From positions 51,818 to 115,817 of the forward strand of contig JAOAAY010000005.1 in assembly GCA_026418615.1 (NCBI GenBank): a stretch of 64,000 nt of DNA. Direction: 5' to 3'. The stretch's first letter is position 1, and each line of letters begins with the position of its first letter. This document shows positions 1 through 9,500 of this stretch, in pieces. The position numbers were made by a program, and so were the translations under genes. The DNA comes from Candidatus Sumerlaeaceae bacterium (GTDB lineage: Bacteria > Sumerlaeota > Sumerlaeia > Sumerlaeales > Sumerlaeaceae). The notes below the pieces were generated by a model. It did no database searches and was not told the DNA's origin. It saw only the letters and a program-made list of their open reading frames with translations.

Positions 1-414
1 CGCCGCACTTTCCGCTCCTTCGATGTCTCCGGCATCCCGGGCTTGGGCGGCCAGGTCGAGCAGGACACCCGTGATACGCTCGACCCATTCCGGCGAGGGC
101 TGGAGTTCGAGTTCTTCGATCGCCGCGGCCGCCGCTGCGATGAGATCCACGCCGCGAACCTTGGCCAGCAGGTCGAGCAGATTCCCGCCTTCATGACCTG
201 CACAGGTCTTAATCGTACACTTGTAGGTGTTGGATTTGACATCAATGATCAGCGAACGGAACCGTGCATCCCGGTGAATGGGGCAAAACGCTTTGACCGT
301 CTCGCCGACAACCTGAATCTTGTCGGTTGCATAGCCGATCCTGCGCAACAGTTCTGCCGCATCCACCGTTGCGTTCAGTTCGCCGAGCAGCGTTGTTGTC
401 TGTGTCAGATCCAT
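1..414 (-). CDS. CHC2-type zinc-finger protein, N-terminal part; the gene continues beyond the left window edge
   Basis: This gene is absent from the ORF track because it is edge-truncated. The reverse complement of 1..414 starts with ATG (414-412) and stays open to position 1. It reads MDLTQTTTLLGELNATVDAAELLRRIGYATDKIQVVGETVKAFCPIHRDARFRSLIIDVKSNTYKCTIKTCAGHEGGNLLDLLAKVRGVD... The pattern C-P-x-H...C-x4-C (codons at 202..285) resembles the primase-type CHC2 finger. The rest does not look like DnaG. Confidence 0.6.
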   Translation of the reverse strand, partial: MDLTQTTTLLGELNATVDAAELLRRIGYATDKIQVVGETVKAFCPIHRDARFRSLIIDVKSNTYKCTIKTCAGHEGGNLLDLLAKVRGVDLIAAAAAAIEELELQPSPEWVERITGVLLDLAAQARDAGDIEGAESAA

Positions 415-491
415 CCGCTCCGCTACGCCCAACCCTTATCCAAATTGCCCGACAGCCCCCCGCTTGCCGGACCACCCGCCTACAGAATCTG

Positions 492-3400
492 TCAGCCTTT
501 GTAAATCATAATGTTATCGAGATAAAAGACTCCTGTTGTGGCCAAGTTGTCACGAATGGACAGCGTGTTCACATAAGGTGGAATGGTGGGCAGTTTCGCC
601 TCCTTCACCACCTGTGTGCCGTCCACATAGGCAGAAACGATCCCCGCCAGCAGGTTCAGATCATACTTCACATGTCGCCAAGTGCCAAGTTCGTACGGGA
701 CTGGTTCGCCTTGAAGCCGCAGGGACGGCTGAGACTTGGAATCGAGCCGGTGAATGATGGTGTGGACCGATTGCTTGAAATCCTCGTCGCGCTCAATGTA
801 GAAGCCCAGCAAATACTTGTTCTTCTCATCGCAGCGGATGTCGAACTCGACGATGACGCGTCCCGACGCCTTGGGGAAGGCGCAAACATAGTTCGCACTT
901 CCGGAGCCGGTCTTCTTTTCAAATTTCAGGCAGGCTTTGGAGCCGGGCACGGCGGCTTCAGTGTCAACCGTAAGCGAGGCGTAATCATACTCGCCAGTCC
1001 AGTTGCGGGGCGGACGGCCGGGAGTTTCGTCGTCGAAATCCTGCTTGTAGTAAAAGCCGTCGGCGACCGGTCCCGCCGCAGCCGCTGCAGGCGCCGGCGA
1101 CTCTGCAGGCGTAGGGGGTGCAGCCGGGGGAGGCACAACCGCTGTACTCTCAAAAGCCTCGCGCGGCGCCGACGCAACAGCCGGGGGAACCGAGGGCTCC
1201 AGAGGCGTCGAGTCGGCAAGTCCCGGCACAACAGTCTCGGTAATCGAGAGTTCCGGCAATTCCAGAGCGCCCTCCGGTGGCAGACCCAAATCAATCGTCG
1301 GCGGGGCCGCCGGGATGTCCTCGACCCGCGCCTCTGGTGGTGTCACCGTCAGGGCCTCCAGATCAAGCAGCCCGGGCGGGGCCGGCGCTGCAGGCTTGCC
1401 GTGAGGCACCAAATCCTCTACGCTGGGCTCCTTGGGGGCAGCGGGCTTGGGGGGCACGACCGATTCAGGGAGCGGCGGCAAATCCAGTGCAGGAGGAGCC
1501 GACGAAGACGACGGAGCAGAGGGCGCAAGTTCCAACGCGTCGAAATTTAATGTGTCACCAACCGCGCTGACTGTCGGCGCTTTGGCACGGGCAGGCGGCG
1601 CCGGGACATCATCAAAGGCTATCACATCAGGCTCGCCCGCCGGCCGCTGCTCTATTTTCGCTTCAATCTCAGGGGTAAACACATTTTCTGCAGGCTGGGC
1701 GACCGGCTCGTCCATCGGCTGTGTATCGAGGCTGCCGAACGAGGTGCTGCCGAGCATGGATCCCCCGAAAAGCGCAGACGATGCCCCTGCCGGTGCGGTC
1801 GGCGCCGCCGGAGCGACGGCGGGCTTTTTCGCACGCCCACGGCCCGGGGACGGGGTGGCAGGAGCAGCGGCGCCCGGGGCGGCGGGCTGCTGGGCCACAC
1901 CGGGGCGTTCAGCAAGCGCACTGACTGTGGCAACCAGTTTTTGCTCCGTCCGGCGATTCTGATAGAGCATGTAGGCCAGCACGAGGAAGCCGATGACAAC
2001 TACCGCAACCACGCCGTAGATGAGGTACAAGACTGTGGGCGACAGGCCGCTGGCTGTCTGGGTTTGGCGGCGCTCCTCGATACGGCGCTGTAACTCAGCA
2101 ATCTTCGTAGCCGCCTCGGTATTACCGGCATCCAGCGACCGCAGTTGCTCGTACATGCTGAGAGCCAGCGTCAACTGACCTTCTGTCTCGTACCGCCGGG
2201 CATTTGCCAGCAGCGAAGCCTTCTGGTCTCCTGCCTGCTGCGCTGCCGGTAGTGTGGCAACACCGACTTCGCCGGCGCGAATGCGCGCCAATTGCTGCTC
2301 CTTCACGGGAATGCGCGGATCGGAGGGGTCAACGGCGCGCGCCTCTTCGAGTTTCTTGGCGGCTTCATCCCACTTGGCAGCCAGGTACAGTTTTCCGTAC
2401 TCATCGAAAATCGCAGCCATTCGAGCGGCATTCTCGCGCCGAGTTTGTTCTTTCGTCCGCGCTGCGACCACAGCCTGCCGAACTTCTGGCGACGACTCGC
2501 GCAGCAAGGTACGCAATTGGATGACTTCATCGGCCGAAGCCTGACCCACGCGTTGCGATAACTCGTAGAGGGCGAGGGCTTGTTTGAGCAAATCAGGACG
2601 AAGCGTCCTAAAGGCTTCCGGAATATCTGCTGTCGCGATCTTTTCTTGTTCCGGCGATGCGGTCTCTACCGTTTCGATGATACTGGCAACGGCGTAACCT
2701 GACCCTCTCAACTGTTGAACGAGTCGGTCGGCTTCCTGCCGGGTGGCAAACTTGCCCAACACCACTTGGAAGGCATTGTCCTGTACAAGGACTTCCGCCC
2801 CGATGAAGTCGTCTGCCACGAGCGAGTCACGAGCCTTGTCGGCGTCTTCGCGCGTGGGCAGCGAGGTGACCAGCACTCGGTAAAATTTGCCCGCCTCGGC
2901 CGTCGCGACCGACCGCACGCCACTGCGATCCGCGGCCGATTGAACGCGCTCCGGTTGGTAGCCCTTGCTATTCTTCAGATCAGCCATGCAGGCCTCGGCC
3001 TGACGCTGGTCCTCAAAATTACCCACCAGCACCATAAACCGACCGCCCACATCCGCCACTTCGACCGGGCTATAACCGTCGGCTTGCAAACTGCGCTGCA
3101 TGCCGAGGGCTACCTGCTGATCCAAACCCGACGCCACGACCACTTGGTATCGGCCGGTCGCCCCCCCAATGGCTGGTGTGGTCGGTGCGACAGCAGGCAG
3201 TTGTGCTGCTGGGACGGCAGCCACAGGCGCCGGGGCCGCCGGCGTGGGCGCCGCGCCCGCCGAGGGCGTTGCTTGAGCAACGACTGGGTTCACTGCCGAC
3301 GGCACAAAGACCGAGCGGTAGTTGTTATCTACAATCACATTGTCAAAATGAATGCTTGTGCCACTCGCGCCCAGCCCTGCGCGTCCTTTAGAAAAAGTCT

Positions 3401-4085
3401 GGTCTGTCGTCCGAATGAGACCAGCCTTGTCCAGAAAAAGCCCGATCTCGTTGCCAACAAAGATCATCCGCATCACGATGCGCGACGAAGAACCGGGCAT
3501 ATTTTCAATCGCCGGGAACCGGAAGGTTCCGCTTTCGTCCTGGCGCACGAGCGTCTCGCGCTTGCCGTCTTTGATGCGGTCAATCTTCAGGTAGCGCTTC
3601 CCACCCTCGCTAAAAGCGCCACCCTCATAATAATTCTGCGGGTCTTGCCACCGCCCGACGATCAGCGCCCCGCCCAGCGGCTCTGGGTTCCAGAAATCCG
3701 CCTGGATAAAGTAATCTGTCCAATCGGCGGCTTCCTTAGTGTTGATCAAAGCGTACGAAACGCCGCCCGGTTGCCCCTGAACATTGCCACTCACCAACTC
3801 GCTGTTCTGCAGCGTCCAGAGTGGGGGGGCCTCGTTCGCAGCCGGAGCCCAGATGCCCGGCCGAGTGCCATTGCCCCCGACAAAGGTGTCCGTGTACAGT
3901 CGCTCTGCCACAGCAGGCACTGTCACGAAGAGCAGAACCGCGGCTGCCAGCATCCGGAGTTTCAAGGACTGGATCCCCTTTTTTCCGAGTTTGTTCAGAC
4001 GGCCGTTACCCGCCGACCGCGAGTCCACGCGTCCTTGCATGATGAAATACCCGTAAGACGAAGCATGGGTCAAGTGATTAGACAT
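492..4085 (-). CDS. Large bitopic envelope protein with signal peptide, LamG/DUF1080-like beta-sandwich, SPOR-like repeats, helical TPR-like region, one TM helix, Pro/Ala-rich linker and a second beta-sandwich domain
   Basis: The ORF is 1197 aa. A hydrophobic signal-like segment (MLAAAVLLFVTVPAVA) is present, and alternative starts lie at 4040 and 3953. SPOR-like modules are visible (YQVVVASGLDQQVALGMQRSLQADGY..., FYRVLVTSLPTREDADKARDSL..., FQVVLGKFATRQEADRLVQQLRGSGY). The TM helix VLYLIYGVVAVVVIGFLVLAYMLY maps to about 1962..2040. The C-terminal 188 aa (495..1058) look like a jelly-roll domain. Confidence 0.8.
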   Translation of the reverse strand: MSNHLTHASSYGYFIMQGRVDSRSAGNGRLNKLGKKGIQSLKLRMLAAAVLLFVTVPAVAERLYTDTFVGGNGTRPGIWAPAANEAPPLWTLQNSELVSGNVQGQPGGVSYALINTKEAADWTDYFIQADFWNPEPLGGALIVGRWQDPQNYYEGGAFSEGGKRYLKIDRIKDGKRETLVRQDESGTFRFPAIENMPGSSSRIVMRMIFVGNEIGLFLDKAGLIRTTDQTFSKGRAGLGASGTSIHFDNVIVDNNYRSVFVPSAVNPVVAQATPSAGAAPTPAAPAPVAAVPAAQLPAVAPTTPAIGGATGRYQVVVASGLDQQVALGMQRSLQADGYSPVEVADVGGRFMVLVGNFEDQRQAEACMADLKNSKGYQPERVQSAADRSGVRSVATAEAGKFYRVLVTSLPTREDADKARDSLVADDFIGAEVLVQDNAFQVVLGKFATRQEADRLVQQLRGSGYAVASIIETVETASPEQEKIATADIPEAFRTLRPDLLKQALALYELSQRVGQASADEVIQLRTLLRESSPEVRQAVVAARTKEQTRRENAARMAAIFDEYGKLYLAAKWDEAAKKLEEARAVDPSDPRIPVKEQQLARIRAGEVGVATLPAAQQAGDQKASLLANARRYETEGQLTLALSMYEQLRSLDAGNTEAATKIAELQRRIEERRQTQTASGLSPTVLYLIYGVVAVVVIGFLVLAYMLYQNRRTEQKLVATVSALAERPGVAQQPAAPGAAAPATPSPGRGRAKKPAVAPAAPTAPAGASSALFGGSMLGSTSFGSLDTQPMDEPVAQPAENVFTPEIEAKIEQRPAGEPDVIAFDDVPAPPARAKAPTVSAVGDTLNFDALELAPSAPSSSSAPPALDLPPLPESVVPPKPAAPKEPSVEDLVPHGKPAAPAPPGLLDLEALTVTPPEARVEDIPAAPPTIDLGLPPEGALELPELSITETVVPGLADSTPLEPSVPPAVASAPREAFESTAVVPPPAAPPTPAESPAPAAAAAGPVADGFYYKQDFDDETPGRPPRNWTGEYDYASLTVDTEAAVPGSKACLKFEKKTGSGSANYVCAFPKASGRVIVEFDIRCDEKNKYLLGFYIERDEDFKQSVHTIIHRLDSKSQPSLRLQGEPVPYELGTWRHVKYDLNLLAGIVSAYVDGTQVVKEAKLPTIPPYVNTLSIRDNLATTGVFYLDNIMIYKG
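1059..1950 (-). repeat. Pro/Ala-rich low-complexity coding tract inside CDS 492..4085
   Basis: The translated segment between the TM helix and the C-terminal domain is dominated by P, A, S, E and V (for example APAAPTAPAG, PPLPESVVPPKPAAPKEPS, VVPPPAAPPTPAESPAPAAAAAGP). The boundaries are approximate. Confidence 0.7.
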
Positions 4086-4153
4086 GCAGTCAGCAGGATC
4101 CGGTTTGCCGATAAACTCACCCGCTCCAACAGGCCAGACGACGAGATGACCCC

Positions 4154-5002
4154 TTACGACAGCACGGCTGAAAGGTAGCCGACGACATAGTCATCGCGCA
4201 CCGGGTAAACCTCATACGAGGTTGTCAGATCCACCACACGGGCTGACCGGGCACCCTCCGCCAGGGCTACCATCATGGCGGCCCCAATGGCCCCCGCCCC
4301 GCACGCCTGATACTCGCCCGCCTCAATCCCATCGAGAAAGTCCTCCGGATTGAGTCGCTCCAGCGCCGCCGCCGCCTCGCGGCTCTGCGCCATCGCATAC
4401 TGGTGGTTTGGTCCGTGGTACAGGTCAGAACTCGCCACCAGCAGCGTTTTTCCCCCCAACCGGTGCATCGTGTCGCGCAACGCCCGCGCCACGCGCGAAA
4501 CATTATCGTAACTTTGATCAGAAATCAGTACCGGCACGAGCCGGAAATCTGTCAACACCCGCATCAAGAACGGCAACTGCACCTCCAGCGAATGCTCGCG
4601 CTCTTCGGCCGCAGGGTAGAAATGAAAAAGCGAGTCGTCGCGCAACAGTTCCTGCACAAACGCCCGATCCACCTCGACCAGCCCCAGCGGTGTCTCGAAG
4701 GAATCGCCATCAAAAACGCTTGCTCCCGCAAACCGCGCGTAATGGCTCGGCGCCACCACGATCACGCGGTCAAATCGGCGCCCTCGCAGGAGCCGGTAAG
4801 CCCGCGCCGCCGTCGGCCCGCTAAACCGATAGCCGGCATGGGGCACCACCAACGCCAGCGGCTCCGGGCCCTCGGGCGCCTGGCCTGCGGGCGCGTCCGG
4901 ACCGAGCATCTCGTCCAGCAGTGCGTCCAGCCGCCGCCGGTCTGACGGATAAAACTTGTGCTCGCCCGCGCTCACCGCCGGGCGAATCCGCTTGCCAGCC
5001 AT
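4154..5002 (-). CDS. AmmeMemoRadiSam system protein B (Memo-like)
   Basis: The ORF is 282 aa. It carries the motifs VVPHAGYRFSGPTAARAY and VASSDLYHGPN, which are characteristic of the Memo / AmmeMemoRadiSam B family. Confidence 0.85.
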   Translation of the reverse strand: MAGKRIRPAVSAGEHKFYPSDRRRLDALLDEMLGPDAPAGQAPEGPEPLALVVPHAGYRFSGPTAARAYRLLRGRRFDRVIVVAPSHYARFAGASVFDGDSFETPLGLVEVDRAFVQELLRDDSLFHFYPAAEEREHSLEVQLPFLMRVLTDFRLVPVLISDQSYDNVSRVARALRDTMHRLGGKTLLVASSDLYHGPNHQYAMAQSREAAAALERLNPEDFLDGIEAGEYQACGAGAIGAAMMVALAEGARSARVVDLTTSYEVYPVRDDYVVGYLSAVLS

Positions 5003-5135
5003 GATGCTTCACCCCCGTTTCCATCAGAAATTTATACCTGCGGGGAACACAAATGCAAGCCCCGCTGAGCCACCTGCCCGATGCTGCTTCGCGAATCCCC
5101 CCTGTGGGTCTCCCAACCCCTATCCCCCCTCTGTC

Positions 5136-5154
5136 GCCATTACGCTCTAATGGC
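5136..5154 (-). terminator. Hairpin 17 nt downstream of the VWA gene stop; weak terminator candidate
   Basis: GCCATTA (5136-5142) pairs with TAATGGC (5148-5154) across a 5-nt loop. No U-tract follows on the minus strand, so this is weak. Confidence 0.25.
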
Positions 5155-5170
5155 AGAGATGGCACCCTTA

Positions 5171-6265
5171 TCAAACTTTCTTCTTTCGGTTGCGCACATA
5201 ATCCGTCAGGATGAACGACCCCAGATTGTCCAGCGTCGCGTAGAAGGCCCGCCCCTTGTTCGCCTTGGTCAAACGATCCACGAAATCCTGCAGGTAAGGG
5301 TCTGAGGTAATCATGAATGTCGTGATGACGATGCCCTTGCGGCGACACTGCACAGCCTCGTTGATCGTCTGGTTCACGATTTTCGGATCCAGCCCAAACG
5401 GATTCTTGTAAATCCGCCCATCCTCGAAAATCGCGCTGGGCTTGCCGTCGGTGATCATGAAGATCTGCTTGTTCACCTGCCGTTTCGCTTGCAGGATCTT
5501 TTGCGCGAGGTCCAGCCCCGCCTTCGTGTTCGTGTGGAAAGGCCCGACGGTAATGTACGGCAAGTCGCGGATGGCCACCTGAGTCGCTTCATCGCCAAAG
5601 ACCGCCACATCCAGCGAATCCTTTGGGTAACGGGTCTGGATGAACTCTGCCAGCGCCATGGCCACCTTTTTCGCCGGCGTGATGCGGTCCTCGCCGTAAA
5701 GAATCATCGAGTGCGATATGTCTACGAGCATCACGGTCGCACACGACGCCGCCTGCTCTTTCTCGTACACCTCGAGGTCGGATTCCTCCATGAGGAACGA
5801 GTCGAGCCCGTGCTTGCGGACTGCGTTGTGGATCGAGCGCGTAAAATCTATATCCGCCACCGTGTCGCCGAACTGGAACGCCCGCGTCTCGGGCAGGCGG
5901 TCGCCCCCCTCCCCCGCATGCGGCAGACGGTGACCGCCCGCCGCCGAGTCGCGCTTCAGCGACGAGAACACCTCCTCAAACGCATCCGCCCGAATCTGCT
6001 GCTCGCCCTTGCCCGTCAGTTCCATCCGCGCCGTCTGCGCGTTGTCGCGCACCATCCCCTCGTCCTTCAGGAACTGCTTGAAGTCCTCGACCGTAAAGTC
6101 CTTGTCGAAAAACCCGTAGCGCCGCCCCAGATACTCCATCCATTCGAGCGCTTTTTCCACATTGCCCGCACTTTGCGTCAGCAAGTGCGTGAATAATTTC
6201 ATTAGACTGCGCAGCGTCATCCGCCGCGTCAGTGCTTCATCCCAACGGCTGTAGCGGAACCTCAT
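5171..6265 (-). CDS. VWA domain protein (CoxE-like)
   Basis: The ORF is 364 aa. A MIDAS-like motif (MLVDISHSM) is present, and the N-terminus MRFRYSRWDEAL is typical of CoxE-like VWA proteins that normally partner MoxR ATPases. Confidence 0.8.
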   Translation of the reverse strand: MRFRYSRWDEALTRRMTLRSLMKLFTHLLTQSAGNVEKALEWMEYLGRRYGFFDKDFTVEDFKQFLKDEGMVRDNAQTARMELTGKGEQQIRADAFEEVFSSLKRDSAAGGHRLPHAGEGGDRLPETRAFQFGDTVADIDFTRSIHNAVRKHGLDSFLMEESDLEVYEKEQAASCATVMLVDISHSMILYGEDRITPAKKVAMALAEFIQTRYPKDSLDVAVFGDEATQVAIRDLPYITVGPFHTNTKAGLDLAQKILQAKRQVNKQIFMITDGKPSAIFEDGRIYKNPFGLDPKIVNQTINEAVQCRRKGIVITTFMITSDPYLQDFVDRLTKANKGRAFYATLDNLGSFILTDYVRNRKKKV

Positions 6266-6597
6266 GATGCGCCCGATTACAGCGCCGACGCCATTTACTT
6301 GTCCCCCGCGAAACAGGAAAGCCGGATGACCTCACCGTCCGGCCCGCCCCGGCGCCTCCGGCTGAGTGAAAAGCACCGAGGTGGCGCGGGAACAAGTCGG
6401 AACAAAATTCACGAATTGCTCCAGCAGCCCACGAGCATGCCTTTACCGCGTCGCGATTGGCTGTTTGCGTGCCGCGGGGATTACGCCTTGGCTAATGCGA
6501 ACCTCGCCTATGCCGCGGGACGGAGCCGCTCGCAAGCCATGCAGGGGGGTATCCGGCCGCTTCCGAGGGACGCCTTCCCTGCCAATTCCGCAGCACT

Positions 6598-9500
6598 TTA
6601 GGGTCGGTCGGTCACTTTGATGACCAGTTCGTCCGAGTTGGCGCGCAACGGCGGATAGTACATGGCGTAGCCTTTGGTGGGCATGGTGTGGAAGGTGCCG
6701 GGAATTTCAGCGCGGATGTTGTAATGCACCTCGCGCTCGCCCTGAGGCAGATGGGTGAAGAAGAACGCCACCAGTTCGTCGCGCAGTTCCATGTTGCTCA
6801 CACCGCCGGAATAGGCAGTCCCGCTTTGCAGCGCGACAGGTTCCATGCCCGCAGGCTTCGGGTCCTCGAAGACGAGGTACTCGAAGTCGTTGAGCGACTT
6901 GATGCGCAGCGTCACGCGGATCTCGTCGCCGGACTGGACGCTGTCGCCGTCGCGGATGGGCTCGTAGGTGTCCACGGCCGCCACGGCGGTCGTGTCGGTG
7001 ACAGTCTTGCGCACGAGGCGCTCATACCGGCGCTCAACAAAGATCTCATGGCCAGCCCCCTTGATGCCCTCCTCCAGTGTGAAATACTCCGCAAAAACGC
7101 TGTAGAAGAGGGTCCCGTCGCCCGTCCGGGTGATTGTGACGGGGTAGCAACCCTCGGGCACGGCGTCACCCTCGAGAACAATGCGGCCGTTAAATTCCCA
7201 GAAATTCTGCGGCGTGATCTCGATGACACGGGGTTCGCCTCCACCTACAGTCACCTCGATGCGCTGGCTGGCGGCCGACTCGCGCCGGTCCTTTAAATAG
7301 GCAGTCAGTGCGAGCACGGCGAGGCCGGAATCCTTGGTGGATTTCCAGCGGGCGCCCTGCCGGTTGATGACCAACCATTTCATGGCGCGGCGCGCCATGG
7401 GATTTTGCGGGTCAATCTCCAGGCAGGCCATCAGTCCGTGGGCGGTCGCCTCGACGGCATCGTCCCACCAGTACCATGCGCCCCGCAGCCGGCCCCAGCG
7501 CGCCGTGTCGTTCTCGGGCGAAATGACGGCAAAGTTTTGCAGGTTGCGCAGCGCCACCCGCGCATCGTCGTGCCGGCCGGTCTGCCACAGCGTACGCGCC
7601 AGCAGGGCAAGACCTTGCGGTGACAGGTCATTGCGACGGGTCCACAGGTAATCCAGCGGTTTGCCCGGCACATCGCCGCCTGAGGCGCGCGACAGGACAA
7701 AGAGTTGCATGGCCAGGGTGTGAAGGTCGTTGTCGCGCCAATACAGCGAGGGCCGGTCCGAGGTCGGCTCAAACTCGTCCACAGACCTCCGAACGGCGGC
7801 AAGGCCGCGATTATACAGGTCGTCTAATCCCGCCACCCCCGCCTCGCGGGCAATGGTCAGGCCGCTCATCACATAGGCCGTCATGTAAGGGTTGGGCTCG
7901 TCCGTCTTCCACCAGCCCCAGCCTCCGTCGGGCCGCTGCATGTCGGCGAGGCGCTTGATGCCGGCCGCGGTGACATCCGCCACCTTCTTCTCGAGGAACT
8001 CGTCGCGCGGAATGTTCAATTGCGCAAACACACTGGCCACAACGGCCGCAGGCACGAACCGGCTCATGGTCTGCTCCACGCATCCGTAGGGATACTCCAC
8101 CATGTAGGGCAGCGCCTCTCGAACCGCCGAGGCCAGCGACGGGCTGAGCAACACGGTCAGGCGTGTCGAGCCGATGATTCGCTCGCGCGGCACCTCGATT
8201 TCCTGCGCGATCCTCACCGTGGCGCCGTTGCGCTCGATCGAGAGGCCAGCAGTGCTGGAATCGTCCGACGAGCCGTTCCACGCCACAAACTTGTCTATGC
8301 CATGCGGGAGAACCGGGCGCTCGAACTTGGCCGCGTCGCTTTCCTCGTCGGTGAGGGCCTCCACGGTCAGGGTCGCATCGCCCCATGTTGCGGCTTTGAC
8401 AGTCCAGTCCACCCGCTTCTCGCCGCCCGCCGGCACCGTGATCTTCTGCGGCTCGCCGGAAAACTCGAGGCCATTGGCCTTGAGTCGCACAGTGACCGCT
8501 TTCTCGCTGCCCAGATAATTATGGACATTCGCCGAGAGCGTCACCTCGTCGCGCTCGCGGAAAAAGCGCGGTGTCTCCAGCCGCACAAGCAGATTCTTCT
8601 TCACGACTGTCTCGACGGAGGCATTGCCCACCAGCGTGTCCGGAGTGATGCCGACGGCCACGGCGCGCCAAGTCGTGAGCGAGTCGGGGAACTGCACCTC
8701 CACCGTGGCGCGCCCGTCCTCCCCCGTCAAAATGGTAGGCGACCAGAACATGCTGTCCCGAAAATCACTTCGGATGACCGCCGGGGCCATCTTCGCGTCT
8801 TCCGTTGCTAGGCCGTCTCTGGTGTGGAAAGGTTGGCTTGCGGCAGCCTTGGACTCGGCCAAAGGCGCAGCCTCACCCATCTCGCGGCTCGCCGCCATGG
8901 CCATCGGTGCCGCCGGCATGGGGACCGCGCCGGCCACAAGGCCATTGGCGTAGATCATGTCCGGCGCGGCGACATCGCGCATGACTATGTCGCCACGCCC
9001 TCCCGACCGCCGGCGTGGCCGGTGCTCGCTGCCCGCGCCATGCCGGAACAACAGGTTTTGCGCTATCGGCGGGTCGAGTTCATTATACTGGCCGGGCAAG
9101 GCTTCGGAATTACCGACATTCGACACTAGCGCGCGCCGCTCGCCATAGAAGAATCGGCGGATGTCCGTGCGCGTATCGGAGGCTATGTAAAGGATGGACT
9201 GATCAAACATCGCCAACGAGAATTCGGCTTTCACCGGTTTGCCCGCGAAGTCGCGCGCCGTCACCGTGACCGCGCCCTTCTCGCCGGGCCGGTAAGTCTC
9301 TCTGTCGGGGCGCACTTCGACCGTCAGGACTTTACGCGTGGGAGGAACGATGAGTTCGTGTTCATCCATGAACACTTGGCCATCGCGCACAACCACCACA
9401 TGGATCTTGCTGTTGGGCACAAAAGCGTCCGTGACGGGGATCTTCACAAAGGTCGTCCGGTGCTCAAGGGGCAGGACGCGTTTGTCGAGATTGCCCGTTC

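Noticed and set aside
43-504. A 153-aa plus-strand ORF at the left edge.
   Set aside because: The opposite strand encodes a coherent CHC2 zinc-finger N-terminus with an ATG at 414. The plus-strand ORF is Arg/Cys-rich and featureless.
2715-4178. A 487-aa plus-strand ORF antisense to the 1197-aa gene.
   Set aside because: It is Arg/His/Pro/Gly-rich with no recognisable motif. It lies entirely opposite a gene with clear domain structure, which is the typical shadow-ORF pattern of GC-rich DNA.
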